Source: Octopus sinensis (lineage: Eukaryota). Taken from it: a DNA stretch of 64,000 nucleotides. Position 1 is the first letter of the stretch. Every line of letters begins with the position of its first letter. The translations under genes and the position numbers were made by a program. The stretch is taken from positions 92,070,001 to 92,134,000 of the forward strand of contig NC_042997.1 of assembly GCF_006345805.1 (NCBI RefSeq), in the 5' to 3' direction. Below are positions 39,764 to 51,816 of this stretch, one piece after another. Below the pieces are notes generated by a model, which saw nothing but the letters and a program-made list of their open reading frames with translations, was not told the DNA's origin and did not search any database.

Positions 39764-40186
39764 AATATACCAACCCCAGTACTTATTCTTTTAAAGCCTG
39801 GTACTTATTCTATCCGTCTCTTTTACCGAAGCGCTAAATTACGGGGATGTAAACACAGCAACACCAATTTTGAAGCGATGGTGGTGGACACACACACACA
39901 CACGCACACACGCACACGCGCGCGCGCACATACACACACAGAGGACGAGCTTCTATCAGTTTCAATCAACTAAATCCACTCACAAGGCTTTGGTCAACCC
40001 GAGGCTATAGAAGACAACACTTACATAAGGTGCCACGCAGTACGACTGAACCCTGAACCATGTGGTTGGGAAGCAAGCTTCTTACTACAGCCGAACATGT
40101 ATGTATGTATGTATGTATGTATGTATGTATGTATGTATGTATATATGAGCAAGGTTTATTGAAATGCTGGTGGTTATAATAATTGA

Positions 40187-41104
40187 CTAGCAGCATAGCC
40201 CGGCGTTGCCAGGGTATGTAAGAAACTTTGTCGATAAGCAACGCTCTTTACCTTTTTACCCTTTTTTGTACTCATTGAATCGTTATTTTGTAAAATGAAG
40301 CCTAAAAGGCATTAAGGCATTCAAGGCACCGTTCCCTTGCATGCATGAAGAAAATCTATGACAGTCAAAGTGCATTTTCTGGTTTTGTTTAGCACACCCA
40401 ACCCAGTTCTGCGGGATCAGTGTCGCGACGGGAACACATGGGTTGGGAGTTTGACAGGCAGAGGTGATAAGGTTGCACATGCCGGCCCTTTTGACACCGC
40501 CTACCCCCGAACCCAAGTTGGGTTCGGACCACAGCTAAGCCCTACCTAATCTTAACTTAAGTCTAGCGAAAGGGGGCTCGGGGACCTCTAGTAGCAACGA
40601 CTATTCCCGATCTAGTCCTTTCCCTCTAGGGAACGAAGGCGCTCTCGCTGTGAATTTCAAAAAAAATTCCTGCCAATTTGTTAAAGATATTGTCGAAAAT
40701 ATGTCATCTTGAATTTGAACGCGATTTCCCAAAATGGCATGATTCTATCGATTTTTTTCTGATGATAAGGTATTGCATGGAAAACTAACGTCAGAATTAA
40801 GTTCCTTGGGGTAACATTAAACTTCACCATGAGTTTGGTGAAAATCGATTGCAAGTTGCGAAAGCTACAACGGAAAATGTGTTGCATATGATAAGCTTAG
40901 ATTCTCGACCCCATGTCGAATTTATCGATTTTTTTCAGAACTGGGGGAACTTTTCAAAATTTTCGCTGCGTTAGTTTTGAATTATGACATTGGGCTATGT
41001 GTGTGTCAAGTTTCATCAGAATCGGTTGAAAGCCGTGGTCAGGGTGAAGGTACAACCTGACATCACACAGACAGACAAACTGCCTTTTATATATATATAG
41101 AAGA
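40187..41104 (-). mobile_element. Non-autonomous Helitron (Lep1/DINE-like)
   Basis: The minus strand starts A|TC at 41104 and ends with a GC hairpin (40199-40214) 8 nt before CTAG|T at 40187. Subterminal (GACA)n, and an internal perfect 10-bp palindrome ccgaacccaa-g-ttgggttcgg at 40508-40528. Confidence 0.8.
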
Positions 41105-41359
41105 TAGATAGATTATGAATTGGTGGCGATAAATCGTCGTACTTTCTGAGGAATGGCACCCACAGTACGGTATTTCCAAAGACTGAGGTAAATTGAAGCA
41201 GAGACAGAGACTGAAAAGTGATGAAAACTTTAGGAAAACTGCTACAATAGGCGACAAAATTATTATAATGGAAAATCTTAAGGCGTTTGAGAGAGGGAGT
41301 GCGAAGGAATAATCCTGAGATGTGGACAAAAGCTGCACCAGAAACAATACATTTACGAG

Positions 41360-41890
41360 TTTTTTTTTTTTAGAAATAAATCTTTATTTTATATAGTATA
41401 GTTTCCACATAAGAAAGACAAAGAAAAGAAGAAAACAAAGCGGAAAGAAGAAAAAGGCGGAGAAAAAAGAGAAAAAGAAGAAAAAAACATGAATGCAGCA
41501 CCTAGTGCTTCAATTAATCGTACATCACGAGGTTTAACGGAACCTACTGAACGCTCGCAGCATTACTACGGGCGATGCCGAGGTTAAGGCGTTGGAAAAG
41601 CCAAGTGCCTTCACAGGCATCACCTGACACCTCGGTGAGGTGAGCTGCCAACGATGATGAGAACTTCGCCGGTAGTGGCCCAGTCCCTCCAAACGTCTCA
41701 AACGTCACAGGTTGGAAGCGATCCCTGCCAGGTTCCGATATTTCAGGGTTTTGTTCCGTTCGGCTACGGAAGCAGTGACCCTCTCATTTACTGCAACATC
41801 CAGGATGCGAGTGGGAGCCAAGGAGTCACAGACTGTGGCGTCCCAGATGAGGCACCTACCTCCAACCCGGGGACAGAGTATTTCTGATTG
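41360..41890 (-). mobile_element. CRE-clade LINE 3' fragment with poly(A)
   Basis: GRCLIWDATVCDSLAP.RI....ERVTASVAERNKTLKYRNLA is the CRE-type RLE motif (W.D.T..DT.APS....A..AE..K..KY). AATAAA and a T-run at 41360-41371. Confidence 0.85.
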
Positions 41891-42080
41891 TTTGGCAAAG
41901 CACGATATGAATCTCGTCATCCAGACACTCTACTCTCAGGATTTGGCCCCTGTTGAAATCTACTCTGTATAGTCGCCAGTTTCTGATGATAAGACAGATT
42001 GAAGACAATTCTGGCACAGCCCCTGAAGACGTGTCCCAAGACATGTTCCAAAAACTGGGGAAATGTTGGGAGCGGTCTCA
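41890..42080 (+). mobile_element. mariner transposase C-terminal fragment
   Basis: LAKHDMNLVIQTLYSQDLAP (cf. HPPYSPDLAP) and FQKLGKCWER. Confidence 0.65.
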
Positions 42081-42124
42081 AGACATACATACATACATAC
42101 ATACATACATACATACATACATAC

Positions 42125-42380
42125 AGAAGATAGTGAAAAAGAGAATACCTACGCTGAACTATTGAGAAATCTGCAGTGACTCTATCCAAATTACAAGTTC
42201 AGATTTATACCTGTAATTATTGGGGTACTGGGATATGTAACAAACTGCCAAAATACCAATCTTGAGAAATTAAGTTTCTCAAACCAGAATGGAGAAAGCT
42301 GATTCGAAGACTACAGATTCAAGCCATCACTGGAACTGTAAAAATCTGTAAAACTTTCTAGAAGTTTATCATTTAAGTAT
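42125..42380 (+). mobile_element. R4/NeSL-like RLE LINE 3' end
   Basis: KENTYAELLRNLQ.LYP.YKFRFIPVIIGVLG...LQIQAITGTVKICKTF resembles the C-terminal K..KY..L..EL......IP..IGALG...Q...L.GT..I motif. Confidence 0.7.
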
Positions 42381-42421
42381 ATATGAGCATGTTTATATAC
42401 ATACATACATACATACATACA

Positions 42422-42452
<31 letters not shown>

Positions 42453-42749
42453 GAAAAACAAAAAGAACATCATCCTACGTGTCGGCAATGAGGTTCTCGG
42501 GAAATTCTCTCTTCTTGACAACCTTCCACATAACCCCCAAACTTGGATTAACATACTTCAAAGAAGAACTGAAAGTGAAATGATCAACATATAAGAAAGT
42601 CCGTGCACGGGTATGTTTTCCGGAAAACTAGAAAATCATACCAGTATCGATATGATGTGTAGCCTTGTACTCGCGATTGCTATATTGCATCACACTCCAA
42701 AAGCCATGCGTTTGCAGGAGATTACAATAAAATTTCCTAATACAATAAT

Positions 42750-43379
42750 GAGCGTAGTGTTTTTATGTATTTGTGTGTATGTATGTATGTATGTATGTAT
42801 GTATGTATGTATGTATGTATGTATGTATATGTATGTATGTGTGTGTATATATATATATATATATATGTTCAAAATCACGCAGTAGGAGTGAATGGTGAAG
42901 GGAGAAGAGAAAACAGTAATTCAGTGAAGGAGAAGTAGTGAGAGTAATAGCCATGACTGAGAGGGAATGAGAGAAAGTAATAGCAACGAGAGAGAGAGAA
43001 AGTGGCAAATAGACTGTTGTGTATCTTCTTCTATAATAATCTACTATAATAATACCCTTGTGTATTTCTCCATCACAACATATGAATGAGAAAGGAAGGG
43101 GTGATCCACCGATGGAAGTGGGACGGTGAAAAGTCAATGGTGAAACAAAAATCAAACAGCGCATCAACTCTGTGTGAGTATATGTGTGTGCGTGTAAAGG
43201 GAGGATGTGAATGTTTGTGTGTGTGTGTGTGTTTGTGTAAAATATATTTATATATTAGAGTGAGTGTATGTGTTTGCGTATGTTTATTTAGAAAGATGCA
43301 TAGAAAATAGAATTACAGACACGCGCATTTACACATACATACATACATACATACATGCATACATACATACATACATACA

Positions 43380-43438
<59 letters not shown>

Positions 43439-43782
43439 CCTTGTGTAGCTCGTCCTGTATTTGTTTTTCGTTTTCTTGTTTTTCGTTTTCCGTTTTCTTG
43501 TTTTTTGTTTTTTGGCTTTTTCCGTTTCTACGTCTTATTGTGATGTCCTGTACTCCCGTATAATTATTTATATATGCATGTATATATACATGTAGATGTA
43601 GGTACGTACATATATGTTTGTATGTATGCATATATTTTTATTTATCTCCTATATATATATATATATATATATATATAATCACCCCACATTACTGTATGGT
43701 TAACACCATATAGTTTTCTGGTGCATCTAAGTTAAGTACCACATTCAAGTAAATACATTGGAATTGATTTGAATCTTAATTG

Positions 43783-43855
<73 letters not shown>

Positions 43856-43870
43856 ATATTTATTTATTTA
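42750..43870. repeat. Microsatellite cluster: (TACA)n, (TG)n, (TA)n
   Basis: Directly visible; it accounts for the HTYI/YIYI pseudo-ORFs. Similar tracts occur throughout the window. Confidence 0.95.
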
Positions 43871-44076
43871 TTTCATATATGTTATTTTGTAATAATTACT
43901 GGTATCATTATATATTAATATATCTTATATCTTATATGTAAAGCATAATATGTTATACATGTATGTATTTTATTGTAATTGTCAGTTTAGTAAATAAATA
44001 GATAAGTTAACATAATATATGTCTAAAAGTTGATGAACCACCTATTGATCCCCTCCATTTTCTTATTGCTATATAT

Positions 44077-44108
<32 letters not shown>

Positions 44109-44334
44109 CTTAAAAAGGAAGGAAGCGGGCTGTGACAAAGTTTAGAAAACCGCGTTCCCTACTCATATATATAAATATATACATAAGCATACGCCCGCGC
44201 GCATACTCACACAGAGCTGAAGCACTGTTTGATTTTTTTTCCACTTTTTTTGTCCCTTTTTTTTATGTATAAAATACTACAATAAGCCGTAATTTTTGAC
44301 GGCACGGGGTCAGCTAGTACTTAATAATCATAAG

Positions 44335-44457
44335 TGCAGGCGTTGGTATGTGTTAAGAAATCTGCTTCCCAATCACAAAGTACCAGGTTCAGTCCCACAC
44401 CTTAGACAACTGTCTTCCTGGGTCGACCAAGGATGGAAACTGAAAGAAACCCGTGGT

Positions 44458-44507
<50 letters not shown>

Positions 44508-44685
44508 CTGACCACTGCTTTAAAACTGGTGTTGATTTGTTTACGACCCCGTAACTTAAAGGAACCGATAGAATAAGTATCAGGTTTTTAAAAATAAGTA
44601 CTGGGGTCAATTAGTTCGACTAAACTCTTCGAGGCGGTACCCCATCATGGCCGTATCCAATGACTGACACAACTAGAAGATAAAA
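44335..44685 (+). mobile_element. tRNA-derived SINE
   Basis: Same head, core and tail as 9322-9720, with a (TG)n centre. Confidence 0.8.
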
Positions 44686-44950
44686 GAAAAACAAGAGGCA
44701 GTGGGGCCCTTAGAGCCTCAAAATGCAACCGAAAATGTCAATTATGTCACATTTCTGTGGAAGGACATCACGCATGATTAGCAACTTCCCCAAAATGTTA
44801 TTCAGGTACTATCTTTCAACGTAACGTAACATTGTTGCTAAAACAAAATACAATGCCGCTCGAAAATAAAAAAGAATGTCGTGGTATAAGTATAGAGAAT
44901 CCCCGTTATTGAATACATACATAGACTTCAACACAAGGAATATCTATCTA

Positions 44951-44995
<45 letters not shown>

Positions 44996-45149
44996 TTATT
45001 TATCTTTAAAATATTTCTTGTCTTCCCATTTCTGTTCGCGTTATTTCAATTACTGCTCCCCTCTTCTTTCATTAACCACTTATGTCACCACCATTCTCTC
45101 CATTATTTCCCCCCAAAACCCAAATATGATTGTACGAAGCGAGATAACT

Positions 45150-45900
45150 CTATTGAATGAGTAACCGAGTTACTTCACTTCACGATTCTCTTGAGATACC
45201 CAAAATGTGCAAAGTTTCCTCAGTAACTTCTGGTTTCTTCCTTCTCTCATATATTAACTCACTTCAGCCATATAGGGACGATGGTCTATGAATCTAAAGC
45301 CATATGAACACCCTCAATATGGACAAATTTTGGAAGAATCATATATCTTCAAAGAATTTGGCCTAACTATAACAGTTTCTATCAAATCAACAAAGGCCGA
45401 CTTCCTGAACTTAAGGTACTTTCACTATAGAAAACCTGACGAGGGAACTGTTTATCTATGTAGAAATTCCAATTATCTTCTCAACGTAGCAGGTATCGGC
45501 AGAAGAATCTCCAGTTCAGTCTATATGACGAGTCGAAAAATGGTTTTACGAATAAGTTAGTTTATAATGATCCCCACCCACTCTAAACCCTAAGAGAGCT
45601 GTAAAGAGAAACGCAATTTGGTTCAATCCGTTAGGCAATCTAGATTTATCTTCTTATGTAGCTAAGAGCTTCCTGTCCATGATTAGATACCATTTCCTAT
45701 GAACCAATAAGTATCATAAACTCTTTAAGCCCATAATGTCAAGGTTAGTTACTCATGTTTAGATAATATCACTTCCAGCATTGCATGCTACCACTGGAAC
45801 ATATGTGCACCCATACAGTGCGCAGTTTCCATCCCATGCTTCAACCAGTAATTTTCAAAATCTCACTAACTACCCACCGGAAGAAACTTATCTCTTAGAG
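45150..45900 (+). mobile_element. Degraded PLE reverse transcriptase C-terminus (WFNP-type clade)
   Basis: IFKEFGLTITV...DFLNL...YRKPDE..VY...SNY, followed by WFNP....SYVAKSFLSMIRYHF..NKYHKLF...VKVSYSCLDNI; these match conserved PLE RT thumb motifs. Confidence 0.75.
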
Positions 45901-45959
45901 GATAGATCAATAGAACTGTCCTCATACTATCTTATGGAATAACAAGACACTACACGGGC

Positions 45960-47105
45960 GTAACAGCTTGTGATTTTAGGGAAATATTCGCGCAACACAA
46001 TGTGGGTACATGTGCAAGTGTACGGACAGGGAAAACTCCATATCCATACCGTGCTTCATCTGCAGACTTCAGAGCAAAAAAACAACAACAACAAAAAACC
46101 CCGACTCCTCCAACATCAAGTAGAGCACCCTCAACAGTGTACCTCCTTACTGAACTGGAATTCGTAATTGCCAATTCTGTTTCAGCGAGAAATTGTCATC
46201 ATATATCATCTTTAAAACAGAAAGTGGAGCTAAAGTGCAACCCAAATTGTCTATGACACACCTGTTCATGAACTAGTCCTGCAATATTTAGGAAGAAGAA
46301 ACAATAGGAATATCAGCGACGAGGCTGACTCCTGGATTGTATTCATTTTCGTTGAATAATGTGGGTAGGGCGTCAATACCGAGGTAATTTTCGGCAGTAC
46401 GTGGTCGAGTGGGTTACCGTGAACATACAATTCCTCATGACTTTGCAACAAGACAAAACTGTGTCCCGCAGAGGGTGTCATGAGGAAAACCTTAAAACCT
46501 CAGCATCCAGGGCAGAAAGCCCAGCTGCTACACGTGGCAGGAACAGCCATTTAAGGACTTTCTACTTAGAAAGCCTAAAATAACAAACAAAGGAACAAAA
46601 ACAAATTATCGATGCTATTGATCCTAAGATGGCACTGGGCACAACTCTGAAATCGATAAAAAAAATTCTCTTTATTGCTTAAACCCAGCCATAAGATCAA
46701 GATCTCCTTTCCTAGCCAAATCCGGCGGAAACAATAAAAATCCTCCACAGCAACAGCAGCAAAAACTAAATGACTAAGGATCACCTCCTCATGGTTGTAG
46801 CACTCTATCCATTTATTGGGGATGGGAACCAGATGGAGAACAAAGATGATAGTCAAACTCTTTCGTATAAAAAGAGCCGAAAATAAACACAAGGAGAACA
46901 ATCGAAAAAGGCTACAAAAACGTACGAGGAGAGGTACACCTTCTACGAAGAGGAAACAATTGCCGATAACAAGTCATCCTATCTTCCCTGAGATGAGCCA
47001 GCCTTCTTACTGAATGAATGTAGAATCGTAGCGTGACGACTGTTATATGACAGGAAACTTGGTTGGCAAAATGCACCCATAGGTCAAAGAGTGGATATTG
47101 CACCT
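45960..47105 (+). mobile_element. Very degraded LINE remnant (Jockey/I-like)
   Basis: WRTKMIVKLF and KSSYLP...RIVA.RL weakly resemble the WK.A.I.PI.K and SYRPISL...ERIV..RL motifs. Confidence 0.3.
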
Positions 47106-48417
47106 ATTCCTTATGAGTTCATATCAGTATAAATCTGGAGACGGTATATATATATCAGCAACATACATAGAGGTATAAATAATATAAACTTAGATATTTA
47201 AGGAAAAGTACGAGTGTACATGCATATATGCATGTCCATTTTTCTCTTTTAAGATTGTCATTTTGTTGGGGTGGGAAACTTGCATATTCTTCTATACACA
47301 AGAGCTATGCTGTCTGGAACTAAGATTCGACGAAGCTACTCGTATAAACAGATGACAAACGCAAAGGTAAAGGAAAGCCATAGAAGAACGGCTTCATATA
47401 TTTAATCAAACATTTCATTAGCCGCGTCGATATCATGGTCCGAGCTACCCGATAGAGCCGCCTGTCTAAAAAGAATTTTCGCATTCTGATTTTTTTTTTT
47501 TTGAGAATGGCTTCGTGTAATCAGTAAAATCATTTTTCACATAAACATAAATAAAATAACTTTGACATAACTGCCAGCGAATTTTCTTGATTAATTCTTA
47601 GTAAACGAGCGAAATTCATATTTTTGGACCTCTTCTCAAACTTTTGTTTCAATGTAAACAAAGGAATAAAGTTACACATTTCGCGTGTCTAATTATTTGG
47701 CATGAGATAAATTTGACCAATTCTATAAAAGAAGTTATCAGTAACGCATTAAACTATCAATTGTCATAATGTTTTCAGCTTCATATTGAAAGCACTGATG
47801 AAAAGCAAAATAAATAATATCGATAATAAATCAATTACACTGCTGAGATTCCATAATAAACATTGTTCTTCCCACTCCGTTACTTAATTGATTAGTATCT
47901 TATGTTGCATTGTGGGAAGGCTGTGTTAATTATTACAACATTCTCCCCTGTTTTTGTAGTGATTCCTAATTTCTCTTTTTAAATTTGATAATCTCTTTTT
48001 ATGAAAATAATTGCTGTATTTTTTTCTTTACGATTCCCTTTCAGTTAATAAGAAAGGATTTTTTAACGTTCACCTTCGTCAAAGAATTTATGAAATTGTT
48101 TGTTACGTATTCTCTTTGTTTACAGTGGATAGTTTTCCATTTAAATATATTTTGTTAGTGAAGGTGTGACATTTTTAGCTCGTAGCATTAGGTGAATACA
48201 AAGCTTTCATATTCAAAACCGCTTTTGGGAAACCCTTGCGCTATAGTTAATTTATTTCTGCACATTTACATTGTCAGTCAGCAGCTGCTTCTATTGTTCG
48301 GACGTCAGGCGAAGATATATCTTACACACATGTGTATTTCGCTTTTCACCAGCACTTTCAATATATATAGATTTTTGTCAACGTATCATATATAAGAAAA
48401 AAAAGCACACTCTAAAG

Positions 48418-48726
48418 CAGGGGTCGGGTAAGCTTTTTACCCAATTACCCCAAAATACATTCATTTACGCCGACGTAACCCCCTTGGTTTGAAAGGAAGA
48501 ATATCATAGAGTCTTTGAATTCAAAAGGTTTATTAAACCTATTTATACGAATCTATTTACATGTCCATTACATTGGACAGATGCAGTGTTGCTAGAAGAA
48601 AAATTTCTGTCGCAACAAGGAACTCGTTTTTTATGTAATTTTACTTATATCTAATGAGTCCTCATCACCCACAAAAATTTCGTTTTTACTCCACTTTCGT
48701 AATTTATCCCGGTTCGCCGACCCTTG
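48418..48726. mobile_element. hAT MITE
   Basis: TIRs caggggtcgg / ccgacccttg; 8-bp TSD ctctaaag / ctctaacg (7/8). Confidence 0.85.
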
Positions 48727-48767
48727 CTCTAACGCATTAAACAGTAATGTAGATAAGTATATGTCCG

Positions 48768-48871
48768 GTCATAGTGTGACCAATGGTTTCGCATCCACAA
48801 AGTGCTTAGCTCCATGGACTTCCATGAGGCTTAGCCCTTCGTGGATGCGAAACCATTAGTCACTTTATGAC
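48768..48871. repeat. Short hairpin element (31-bp arms, 28/31)
   Basis: 48768-48798 is the reverse complement of 48841-48871; a related fragment lies at ~6060-6100. Confidence 0.8.
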
Positions 48872-49010
48872 AGGATATAGACATATATATATATGGCATT
48901 AATTTGCGTTTCAAATGTTTGTGCAGTTGTTTCTTGTGTGTCTGTGTTGTAGAGTAAATTAAAATTATCAGCTGCTGACTGATAATGTAAATGTCAAGAA
49001 ATAAATAAAC

Positions 49011-49452
49011 GGATCTTTTCGGTTTGACCGGCAGTTTTTTTAAAAATAATTTCCATGTAACTAAACACTTTTAAACTTCGTATACTGGTAGAATGTGTTT
49101 ATAAAACATCTTTTTCTCTTGGCTTTATTGAGAAAATTTTATAATTTGTAAGATATTTGTTGTTTTTTTTCTTCAATTTCTGCAATTTCAACCAATCAAT
49201 GACGTCCATTGAGGTAAAAACATTCTGTGCCGTATGAATATGTCCCTCGTTTAAGAAACAGATTGGGTTTATTTACATTTATGAAAAAAAAAAGATACCC
49301 TTCCCCCCATCCCTAACCCTAACCCTAACCCTTAACCCTAACTAACCCTAAAACAGATTGAAATGCAATAGATCGATACTAGGGTCATAATTATGGGTGA
49401 CAATTTCATATGACACCGCTAGAAAAAACTGCCGTTCAAACCAAAAAGATCC
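49011..49452. mobile_element. TIR element with internal telomere-type (CCCTAA)n tract
   Basis: 30-bp TIRs, 28/30 (ggatcttttcggtttgaccggcagtttttt); CCCTAA repeats at 49311-49350; no clear TSD. Confidence 0.8.
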
Positions 49453-51781
49453 AAAAAGAAAAGAAAAAATGCAATAGGTGTACTAAACGATTATGAAAAA
49501 AAAAGATGCGGGCTGGCGAACGGTGGGGTGAGGACAAGACTTGGAAAATTCACATGATCAAACTCTCAGGATCCGAAAACTCAACATTAACACCAGGTCA
49601 CAAAAATGAAAAAAATATATAGTGTAATAGGTGTAAAACAACACGTAGTAAACAAATATAAAGAAAAACTGCATGCTGGCGAACGGGGTGGGGGTGAGAG
49701 GATACGGAAAATTCACACAATCTAACTCACAGGATCCGAAATCTCAATGTTAACATCTGGTCACAATAATGAAAATCAGTGGAAAATTTTGTAATTAGGG
49801 GCAGGGTAAGGGTGAATGTTTAAAAGAATTTGCAATGTGTAAGATGTTTGTAAGCAATCCCAGAACTACAAAACTGTTAGTTTCACTGCGACATTTAAAT
49901 TTCATTTATGTCTAAATATTTTCATTATTTGAGACTGCAACAAAACCATGACAAAAATTCAGGCTGCATCTGTTTTGTCAGTGAACAAGTCATGGTTTGA
50001 AAGTGATGAAAATATTTAAACACAAATGAGATTTAAATGTTGCAGTGAAACTAATGGTTTTTTTTTCTTTGTGTGTGTGTGTTCTTACATACATCTACAC
50101 TGCAATTGTTTCTGTTAATACCATTATGCAGAATACAGAATTGAAAAAATTTTGTGTGCAAATTTTTGTTTCCATCTTCGTTTATAGCATAGATAATTTT
50201 TCCTCTGAAATTCCACCTTCGACCTGCAGGATGCATTGGTTGGCCCAAGGCTATAATTGAAGACATTGCCCAAGGTGCCATGCAGTGGGACTGAACCCGG
50301 AACCATGTGGTTGGGAAGAATATCTATTTTCTTGAGGGAAAAAAATCAGATTGTATGAATTTTCCTGGTCCTCTCCCCACACCTCATTTGCCACCTCATT
50401 TTTTCATAATTGTTTAGTATACATTATTTTACACCTATTGCACTTTTTCTTTTTTCTTTTAGTGGTCAGGTGTTGAAGATGGCTTACTGGATCGAGTGAA
50501 TCATCTGAGTCCACATCTCACCACCCTCACCACAAAAATTGAAAAAAATTACTGTACTAGGTGTAAAATAATGTGTAGTAAACGAATATGAAGAAAAAAT
50601 TGTGTCGATGAATGGGTAAGTGATGAGAGGACTTGGAACATTCCTGATGTGAATTTTCAGAGTCGTTTCTCCACACCCTATTTGCCAGCTCGAAATTTTT
50701 TTCACATATTCATTTACTACTATTTTTTTTCCCATTTTTTTTTTGTCCTGGTCAGAAACTGGAGGTTAACCAAAAAACTTAGTTCAATTAAAGAAAAATA
50801 CACTTTTCACTATCCAATCACCACGTCCACCAACATCATCTCTCTCTGCCTTTCTTTAACCTCACCATTAGAATATCACCCCACTCTGTTAAAATTATAT
50901 TTTTAACTCTCTTCCTCTAGCTCATCACTACCTTCAACTAACTTTTTTAACCATGTAATATTATGTTCCCCCTACTTCACATCATGGACGCTTCTCTCTT
51001 TCCCTTTTTCTTCCGCCCTCTTTCTGTCACACTCTTCATCTTATCCTCTTTTTTTCTCTCCTTTTTCTTTCTTCTCTATTTCCCTTCAGCAAATCACGTG
51101 AAAACATTACAATTACATTCCCTTTACCTCACATCATGAACGCTTCTCTGTCCCTCTTTTTCTCTCACCCTCCTTTCTCCCTCTTTTTCTCCTATTACAT
51201 GAAATCGTTACTCACGTGCTAAGTAATGAAATAGCAAGCAAAATTATTATAAGATACTCCATTTACTCTGCTTTTAATGATAGCGTGGATTTTTGGGGAA
51301 GAGTAATTTTATCAGATCGTTTAATATTTGTTGTTACTGTTTCATATGTCAAAATATTTTCTTTTAAATTCTCAAAAGGAACAAAATTAACTCAAGAGTC
51401 TTCCCAAACAACACATTTTCTTTGCAAACCACAATGATGCCTTGCCCCACTACCAATTTTTAAAAAAATCTTTGCTGAGTGAAAACCATACTTAAGTGAC
51501 TAATTTGACAAATTTGATCACCCTCATTTTGTTAAGATTATATTTGGCCTTATTGTAAGACATTCATTATACAATCTCTTCATGTGCTGTTGAGAGAAAA
51601 AGAGGCTTGGCCAAATTTCAACGGGAAATTCACTGCTTGTTGATGGGTAGCACAGTAACTAGGGTGTTGGGCTCATAATCATAAGATCATGGGTTCACTT
51701 CCTGCTCCGTGGCCAATGAATTCAGCACTATACTTTATTACATGTTGCTTCAGTGCATGACTACCAACCAGGTGATAGTGC

Positions 51782-51816
<35 letters not shown>

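Noticed and set aside
49311-49350. Chromosome end or telomere fusion
   Set aside because: Only ~40 bp, single orientation, and enclosed by element TIRs.
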